Below, piece after piece: positions 54,600 through 64,000 of a stretch of 64,000 bases of DNA. Made by a program: the position numbers and the translations under genes. Below the pieces are notes generated by a model. It did no database searches and was not told the origin of the DNA. It saw nothing but the letters and a program-made list of their open reading frames with translations. Every line of letters begins with the position of its first letter. Within the stretch, counting starts at the first letter, position 1. Source of the DNA: the human T2T-CHM13v2.0 reference genome, Homo sapiens; assembly GCF_009914755.1 (NCBI RefSeq), contig NC_060932.1; one strand, 5' to 3'.

Positions 54600-57500
54600 A
54601 TTTTTCAAAAAAGTTTTTGTTTTAAAAGTTTTAGATTTACAGAAAAATTGTGAAGCTAGTGTACAGAGTTCCCATATAACCCAAAACCAAGTTTCCCTTG
54701 TTATTAAACACATTATAATTAATTAGTATGGTACATTTGTTGTAACTGATAAATCTATGTTGATAAATTATTTGTCTACTAAAGTCCACACTTTGTTCAG
54801 ATTTTTCTTAGTTTTTGCCTAATATTCTTTTTCTGTTCCAAGATCACATCAAAGATACTGAGACTGCATTCAGTCATTATGTCTCCTTAAGCTCCTCTTG
54901 GTTGAAACAGTTTCTCAGACTTTCTTTGATTTGATAATCTTGACAAGTTTCAAGGAGTACTAGGTCTGCTATTTTGTAGCATGCACTTCATTTGGGATTT
55001 GTCTGGTGTTTTTCTCTTAATTAGACTGGAATTATGTGTTTCGGAGAGAAAGACCACAGAGGTAAAATGCCATTACATCATATCAAGGATACATATGATC
55101 AATATGATTTAGGATGCTGATGTTGATATTGATCACCTGGCTGAGGTGGCATTTGTCAGCTTTCTCCACTGGAAAGTTTACTCTTTCACCTCTTTTCATA
55201 CTTTACTCTGTAGGAAAGTCACTATGCCCAACCCACACCCAAGGAGAGGGGAGTTATGCTCTACCTCTTTGATGGTTGAGTATCTCCATGAATTATTTAG
55301 AACCCTTCTGCATGGGAGATTTGTCTATTTTCTTATTTATTTATTTAACATTTATTCACAACATTATGGACACATGGATATTTATTGTATACTTTGGATT
55401 ATAATCCAATATTACTCAATTTGTTTTGTTCTTCAAATTTTCCCTCTTTGGCCATTGGGAGCTCTTTTAGTTGACTACTGTGTTCCTTTGACATACCCTC
55501 ATAATTATGGGTGGGGAGTTTTTACATTCTGGTATTAACAGATGCTTCAGGCTCATCTTTTATAATCTCTACTCCAGTCCTAGAAAAAATTATTTCTCTG
55601 AGGAACTCAGGTCTTTTTTATCAGAGAATGTTATTAGAAACCAAGGTCTGGATAATTGTGCTCATTGTTACTGATGTGTCATCATTGCTTCTAAGCCCTT
55701 TCAGCTAAGAAGCAAGGAAATACATATGTGTATACTAACCCATGTATATGCACATATCTATAAATATTTCTGTATGTACCCATGGGTATCTATACTGAGC
55801 TAAACACGAGTTTATATTAATGTCTCAGACTCTAATCCATTACCACATGGATCGTTCTAGACTCCTGTCTTTGCTTGTCCATATCCTCTTACTCAATAGT
55901 GAGAAAACTGGCTCCTAGCCTCAGCCACCTATTTACATAATTGTTTAATCCCAGTCTACATGTGTACCAGTATCAGAATGTTTAACTCATAGCCTATGGA
56001 AAAAAACTTCATCGACTACAGCACAGTCTTATATACAGTTTCTTTTGCCTTTAGCTTATAGACTTCACTATTTTACAGTTACTTAAGTTAGCACCACTCT
56101 CCCTCAATCCCTCCAGTGAGATTGTTTTGTACATTCCTAATACAGTTAAATTGTTTTGTCACATTCTGCATTCTATCCTGAGATTCCCTGAACTCTTAAA
56201 TTATTTTTTAAGATTTTGCATGCATTAAAGTTCATTCTTTGCACAGTAAATTTCTATAGGTTTTGGCAAATGCATGTTATATATCTATCATAGCATGTCA
56301 TACAAAATAGTTTACCTACCTTCAAAAGTCCTCTGTTCTTGTCCTATTCACCCCTCCCTCCAACCTCCCCAAACTCCTGACAACCACTGATCTTTTTGCT
56401 ATCTTTATAAATTTGCCCTTTCCAAAAGATCATAAAATTGGAATCATATATTATGTAACATTTTCAGACTAGCTTCTTTCAGTTAGCAATATGGATTTAA
56501 GATTCATTCAAGTTTTTCCATGACTTCATAGCACAACTTTTTATCATTGTATAATATTTCATTGTGTGGATGTATCAAATTATTTTATCCATGCGTCTAC
56601 TTCAGTTGAGCTACTTCAGTAGAGACATGAATAAAATAATGTGTTTCCCATTTTTTGTGATTATGAACAAAGCTGTGATATACATTCACAGGCAGGTTTT
56701 TAAGTGGAAAAAATTTTCAAATGTTGGATAAACACCTAGGAATGTGATTGCTAGATAAGAATGTACCAAAATGTCTTCCAAAGTGGCTAAATTATTTTGC
56801 TTTTCTACCAGTAATGAATGTTTCCATTGCTCCACTTTCTAGCCAAAAATTGGTATTATCAGTTTTTTTCAGGTTTTGTATCTCATTACTGTTTAAATTT
56901 TCAATTCCCTAATGACCATATGGAACATCTCAAATGCTTGTTTGTCATCTGCATGTCTTCTTTGGTAAAGTGTCTGTTTAGATCTTTTGCTGATTTTTAG
57001 TTGGCTTTTGTTTTCTTACTGTTGAGTTTTAAGAGTTCTTTGTATATTATGGATATAAGTCCTTATTCAGATATGGGTTTCGCAAATATTTTCTCCCAGA
57101 CTGTGGCTTGTCTTTCATTCTCTTAACAGTTTCCCCTCCTCACAGAGCAAAAGCTTTTCATTTCAATGAAGTCCAATTTATTAATTTTTCTTTTATGATG
57201 TTGTATCCAAAAGCTCATCATTCAAATCACGGTCACTTAGATTTTCTCCTAATTTTTAATTTTAAATGTAGGTCTAATATCCATTTGAAGTTAATTTTCG
57301 CTATCTCAAAGGTGTTAGGTCTGTGTCTAGATTAAATTTTCATACATGGATATCCAGTGATTTATGCACTATTTGTTGAAAAGATGATCTATCCTTTCTT
57401 CATTGAAGTGCCTTTTCTCCTTTGTCAACAATCAGTTGACTATACTAGTGTGGGTATACTTCTGGACTCTAAATTCTGATCAGTTTATTTATGCATGTAT

Positions 57501-60500
57501 TGTTTTACAATACAACACTGGTTAAATTACTGTAGCTTTACAGTAAATCTTGCAATTGGGAAGTGTCTGTCCTCAAACTTTATTCTTCCTCTTCAGTATT
57601 GTGTTTCCTATTCTAGGTCTTTTTTGGAATCAATTTTTAAACACCACAGAGTACTTTCCTGGGATTTTGGTTGAGGTAACATTGAATCAATAGATTAAGT
57701 TGGGAAGGATTGACACCTTAATGATATTGAGTTTCCAACCCATGGACGTAGAATATCTCCTTATTTACTTACTTAGATCCTATTTAATTTCTTTCATCAG
57801 AGTTTTGTAGTTTTCTGCATTTAGAACCTTTACAATTTTGTTGGATCTACACCAAACTATTTTTCAGCTTCGATTATAAATGGTATTGTTTTAAATTTCT
57901 AATTCCAATTGCTTATTGCTGAAATAAGTAAAGCAATTGACTTTTGTATATTAACCTTGTATCGTATGACTTTGGTATATTTGCTTTTTAACTCTAGGGT
58001 TTTTGTTTTGTGTTTTGCTAATTTGGGAGATTTTCTACATTGATAATTATGTCATCGTGAAGAAATACAATTTTGTTTCTACCTTCCCAATCTATATAAT
58101 ATATATCCTTTATTTCTGCTTCTTGTCTTAGCAGCAGGTAGGACTTCCTATATATTATTCAATAGGATTGGTGAAAAAGGATACTTCCTAGGATTTCTTC
58201 TCAATCTTAAGGAAAAAAACATCTGCTTTCCCACCATTAAGTATGATGTCAGCTATAGATTTTTTTTGTAGTTTTTTTTTTATCAAGTTGGAGAAGTTTT
58301 TTTCTATTCCCAGTTTGCTGAGAGTTATTAATGGGTGTATGATTTTTCAAATGCATTTTCTTCATCAGTTGATATAATATGATTTTTTCCTATTTAGCCT
58401 GTTGATTTTGTGGATTACATTGATTGATTCTTAAATATCAATTCAGCCTTCCATACCTGAATTAAATTCCACTTGATCTTGGTGTGTAATTTTTAAGCAT
58501 TGTTGGATTTGATTTGCTAATATTTTGTTGAGAATTTTTGCATTTATGTTCATTAGCTATATTGCTCTGTTGTTTTCCTTTTTGTAATGTTTTTATTTGG
58601 TTTTGGTATTAGGCTAATGCTAGCTTCATAGAATGAATTAGGGAGTGTTATTTATGCTTCAGTTTTCTGAAAAAGATTATGGAGAATTGCTATCATTTGT
58701 TGCTTACATGCTTGGTAGAATTTACCAGTGAAACCATTTGGTCTGTGCTTTATTTTTTGTAAGGTTATTAATAACTGATTATTTAATATATATCAACCTA
58801 CGGAGATTAACTATTTCTCCTTGGCAGTTTTGTGTCTTTCAATGAATTGATCCATTTCAGGTAAATTATGAAATTATGGACATAGAGTTGTTCATAGTAC
58901 TACTTTATTATCCTTTCAATGTTTGTGGGAACAACAATGATTAACTCTTCCTTCATTTTTGATATTGATAATGTGTGTTTTCTCTCACTTTTCTTGCTTA
59001 GGCTGATTAGAGGTTTATCAAGTCTATCAATCTTTTCAATCATATTTTAGTTCTGTTTATTTTCTCCATAGTTTTCCTATTTTGAATTTCATTGATTTCT
59101 GCCCTAATTTTTATTATTTATTTTCTTCTGCTTATTTTGAATTAAATTATTTTTCTCTCTTTAGTGTCCTAAAGTTGAAGCTCAGATATTGATTTTGGAT
59201 CTTTCTTCTTTTAACATTTCTTGCAGAGCAATTCTGCTCACAATTAATTTGTTCAGTTTTATTTGTTTGAGAAGGACTTTATTTCACCATTACCTTTGAA
59301 GAGATTATCTAGATTGTGATGTTTTCTTTCAATACTTTAAATATTTCACTGCATATTCTTACTGCTTGCATTGTTTCTGACAAGAAGTCCACTGTAACTG
59401 CAATTCTTCTCCTTAGCCCTCTATAGCAGAGATGCTTGTTGTTTTCTTCTTGTTCTGTCTACATTTCCTCTTTGTCTTTGGTATGTTGCAGTTTGAATCT
59501 GATATATTGAGGTATGAGTTTGGTTTTGGGTGAGGGGAGATTGATCCTCTTTGGTACTCTCTGAGCTTCCTGGATCAGTGGTTTGGTTTCTGTCATGAAT
59601 TTTGTCTTGGCCATTATTATTTGAAATATTTCTTTTGCCCTGTACTCTCTTTCTTCTTCTGGTATTCCAATTACATGTAACACTTTTTGAAATTTCCCAG
59701 AGTTCTTGGATTTTTTTAAATTCTCTTTTTGCTATGCATTGTTGTTTCAGAAAGTCAGTGTTTTAAAAGTATAATAATTTTAAATGCTCACAAAAACTAG
59801 ATTAAAATTGTCACAGGGGAGGAGAAATACCGACATTTCTATTGACCTATCCTCAAGTTCTTTCATTCTTTCTTCAGCTGTGTCAAGTCCACTGATAAGC
59901 CCAACAGAGGTATTCTTCATTTCTGTAACAGTTTTTATTTATTTCTAGTATTTTTTTCATTCTCTGTTAGAATTTTTATCCGTCTGTTTACATTACCCAT
60001 CTCTCCTTCCATATTGTTTACTTTTTTCCAGTAGAGCCATATTAATCATAGTTATTTTAAATTTCTTGTTTCATAATTGTATGATTTGTGTCATATCTGA
60101 ATCTGGTTTTAATGCATGTTTTGTCTCTTCAGACTGTGCTTTTCCTTGCATTTTAGCATGATTTGTGAATTTTTGTGTGTGTGAAAGCCTGGCATGATGT
60201 ATCAGGTAATGGGAACTGAGATAAATAGGCCTCTAGTATGAGGATTTATGTCAATCTCACTAGGATGGGCTGTGTTTAATGTTTGCTCTAGTGGTAGGGC
60301 CAGAAGCTTCAAATTCCTTTTGTGTCTTTTTGTTTTTTCTGTTGACTCTGAGTTTCCCTAAGTATTCCCCCTCAAAAGGACTAAGTCTGGCAGCTCTTTC
60401 AGCTGTCATTCACCAATATCATACAGGAGTCCTTCTGTGGTGGTAAGGAGTGGGGAAGCAGACTTGATCTCTAAACTTATGATTAAATCTGAGTCTTTTT

Positions 60501-61120
60501 GTGGGCGTGTGTGCCTGGGCTGACACTTTTGCAGGTGTTTTTTAGCTGTCCATGCTCTTAGTTGAGGAAGAAAGGTTAGTATAAACTATGGTGAGAAAAA
60601 TGCCCGTCCTCTCAGGTGGGACAGGGCTCTGGTAAAGTCTTTGACCTGGAGAGTAGATCTTTTTTTAGGGAGAACATTTGGGGTATATTTCTTGATAACT
60701 CTTCCCCTTCCCCTGCCAGAGCCACAAAGGAATCTTTCTTACCTCCTCACTGTGAGAAACTGGTGAAGTTTCTGGAGGTAAAACCCACCAAAGTATGGAG
60801 GTTCCCCAAAGGCTGCACCCCCAGCAGTTTCTCCCTCTCATGCTCATCCACAATCAGCCTCCAGCAATTCATCAAAACTACCATTAAAGGGTCCCTCTCA
60901 GTTTATGGCTACAGTAGCTTCTGTTCCAAATAAGCAGGTCTTAGCTGTGATTCTCTGCTTTTACCTGTCTTTCCAGATTTGGGGTAGCAGTTTACCCTGA
61001 CTTCAGTTGTCCAATGAGTCGAAGAAAAGTCATTGAATTTCAGGTTTTTCAGCTTTTTGTTGTTTTAAGGACAGAAATGATGACATCTAAGGCTTAATGT
61101 TGGAGCTAAAATCAGAAGAG
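54600..61120 (-). mobile_element. Large old L1 (L1MC/MD-type) with 3'UTR, ORF2 and ORF1 remnants
   Basis: Continuous antisense L1 text; minus ORF 59459-59683 is L1 ORF1-like (VIGIPEEERE...IQEAQRVPKRIN...PQYIRFKLQHTKDKE). Confidence 0.85.
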
Positions 61121-61829
61121 GTATTTTATTTTCATTTATATATTGTTAGTAAGTTGTTTTAAAACAAATATATGACATGTAAAGGTCAGAATAGGAGTAA
61201 TTAAATTCAGTAATAATTTCTATGAGTTCATTTGGTTCTAAGGATTCCATTATTATTATTGAACATGATGTTTTCATTTTGATAAACTACAATATTTAAA
61301 GTGTTCAAAAATGCTAAAGTAATACATAAGTGAAAAACCAGTGTTTTGAGAGCATAATCATTTTAAATGCTCACAAAAACAGGATTAAAATTGCTGTGGG
61401 GGAGGGGCAATACTCAGATCAGAGCTCTAGTTGTTGTCATGTTTGTGGATGCAGCTTGAAGGAGACATTAAATTACTGTTTAAATAGTCTTTTTTTTTTT
61501 TAAGAAGCACTAGTTTTAAGATTTACAAACCTGATTACCTAAAAAAAAAGTCTGTCATTAAACATACCTTAAATACCCATTTTCTGTGTGTACTCAATAA
61601 ATATTTTTCAAGGAATAGTAGAAAATGGAAATTAAAAACACATAAATGATCTTCACTTAGCAAGAGTGAACTAGTAAATCCATATCTACCATTGTTGAAC
61701 TCTTACTATGTGCTAGGTGCTGTGTTAATTGTTTTCTATATAGCCTTTCTCTTAATCCTCTCAATAGCCAGGCATTTACGAAATCTGAAACTTAAAGGAA
61801 TTAGTTGGTACTTCCAACATTCTTTCTGG

Positions 61830-62665
61830 ACCCTTTTCTTCCTTGTTGTAGGCATTCTCCCTGGGAGAACTCACTCACTTCTAAGTCAATTACTTGGTAT
61901 TGGTAACTCCCAAGCATACACCTCAAGCCCCCATCGCCCATTGACTTTTCTAGACCCCTGTGATTCTACTACTGTGCACTAGATGCCTCTACTTACTCCA
62001 CAGGTACCCCCAATCTCAACATATCCAGAAGAACACTCTTGGCTCACTCCATGCTTTTGCTCAGTGTTCTTTCTAGCAATGAATGGTGATACCATCCATC
62101 TGTTGCTCAGTTTGGAAAGCAAGTCTTATCCACACTAAGGTTTCCAAAATATGACTGTGGCTCCTGAGCACTCTTGGGGTAAATTAAAATCTCTTTATCA
62201 CAATTTTGATGGTTTCTCATATTTCCTCTTCATATCTAACTCTGACTCTTCCTTCTATCCTCCAAATATATACCCTTTGGCTAAGTATAGTGATTTTTCT
62301 TTTCAGTTTCCAACCCAAGTCTTTTCTTGCCTCCTAGCCTTGTCATTTGCATTCCCTCTGCCTGGAGTACTCTTTCTCTTTAAAGATCTTCCTTCACTAA
62401 CCCCTATTTTTCATCTGTGTCTCATCACAAGTGCCACTTCTTCTGGGAAACCTTCCCTATCCCTTTATAGCTAGACTTTTTTTTTTCTTTTTTCAAAATG
62501 CTCTCACATCGCCCTGTGTCTCGTAGAATCCCCCTTATTATATCGTACCATTTACTGTGTCATAATTATAAGATCCATAAAAGCTTGTCTACCTATGTTC
62601 TTAATACAAAACACAGTTTTTTGGCACATACTAGGACCTTGATAAACATTTGATGAAAGAGTGGA
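61830..62665. mobile_element. L2 fragments
   Basis: L2-like text (aatctcaacatatcc...ccatccatctgttgctcag...ctgggaaaccttccct...ggcacatactagg...ataaacatttgatgaa). Confidence 0.55.
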
Positions 62666-64000
62666 TAAAGTGCCCTACTAGCAAATGGCAAAACGTGTTA
62701 AAAACTAAAGATTTTTTTATCCCAAGACTGTGGTCTAAGCAACTGCACTCTGCTGCCTCCATCTCAAAAAATTATTGGAATTTGGAACATAAGGCCAGGA
62801 TAATTTTTAAGTAAAGCAGAGGAGGGCCAACTATTTTCAGGATAAACTTGGACAAAGCATGTAATTCCAGTTGAAAAAGCTGAAAAACCTGTACCCTTTG
62901 GTGGTAAAAGTTCAAATTTATTACCATAGGAAATCAGACCTCACAAGATTTGGCTATTCTGTGAGCCAAACCAGTATAAATCAAAGGTTAACTCTGTTGT
63001 TCCATTTCAAAAGAAAATATCAACAGGAAAGTTGAAGTTTGAATAAAATGTTTCTAATACAAATTTATAATTGCTTTATAAATACAGAATCATACTACAA
63101 GGGAATATTTTTCCCTTTCCTTTAAAAAATGTAATACTTTTGTTTAACATTAAGGCTCTAGTCTACAACTCTTCAAAAGTAACTCTTTGCAATTGCTTAT
63201 TTAAAAGTGTGGCCACCTAAAGTGAAGTCTTTCAGGAATACTGCATGTGGTCACAACAGGTTTTCAAAGCATACTTTCCACCCTTCAAGCCAAGACTATA
63301 AGCTAATGCTTCCTTTTTCTTTTTATATATTTTTTTCTAATAAGAGGATTTTTTTCTAAATAAAAGTCTTTTAGCCCCAGAGAATCATCAGAGCCCTTAT
63401 TAATCGATGCTTTTATTTGATAGAATGCACATTATTATTTGAAATCACTTACTTATCATAATTATAAAGCAGTATTACAGGGGCCCACCCTATCCACAGG
63501 GTGCACAGGCAACCCAAGTGCAGTAATAGCCTGTTTCCACTCACCTGAGAAATATTAACCATTCACCAAGGAAAACATATTCCATCATCAATGTATTCGT
63601 ATTACATTCACTACATATCATAGTGTTGGAGATGGCAATAGCAGGTCGATTTCTGTTTTTTCTTTTTTCTTTATTTTTTTTTTTAAACAGTACATGAAAA
63701 GGTCTTTCTTTTTCACTCTTTAACCTCAGTCTGATTTGTGTCCAGTTTTTCAACCTGGCAATACATTTTTCATCAAAGCAAGGAGATACACAGTAGAAAT
63801 ACCACACTATGTCTTGTCTAGCATATCCATCAGGTTACATGGGGCTAAGTTTAAAATAGTCATATGAGGCATAAAACTACCTCATTCAAAAACAGAAACA
63901 CAAAATTAGGAAATTGATGAGCCTGGGGATTGAACTTCATTTTGCAATGGGTTGTTATGTCACCTGAATCGCTAAGCTGGCTTGGCCCAGGAGGACCCAG

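Noticed and set aside
63539-63807. Minus-strand donor CAG|GTGAGT with an 88-aa ORF (antisense exon)
   Set aside because: No convincing acceptor found and the ORF is low-complexity; an isolated donor is expected by chance in 64 kb.

Overview
Primate (human-like) genomic DNA rich in Alu, L1, MIR, L2 and ERV/MaLR elements. It contains the 5' end of NECAB1 on the + strand: a CpG-island promoter (~32.3-32.85 kb), coding exon 1 (32713-32811, MEDSQETSPSSNNSSEELSSALHLSKGMSIFLD) and a 25-nt exon 2 (42521-42545, ILRRADKN+G). I found no exon 3 in the window. The most unusual feature is an old, highly degenerate ~7.8-kb tandem array at ~3160-10960, about 22 kb upstream of NECAB1. It is built from a 21-bp monomer (core TTCCATGCTTGGAG), grouped into ~63-bp trimers and ~1-kb higher-order duplications, and is interrupted by two LTR insertions. 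On the minus strand its trimer consensus reads as a heptad-repeat peptide (MELGPTS-MEPGTPC-VESQSPS), with a good splice acceptor at its edge. A strong antisense splice donor in the NECAB1 CpG island points toward it. It may be the fossil giant repeat exon of a lost head-to-head gene, or a non-coding, CpG-decayed satellite-like array; the sequence alone cannot decide. All repeat subfamily names and most repeat boundaries were called by eye and are approximate.
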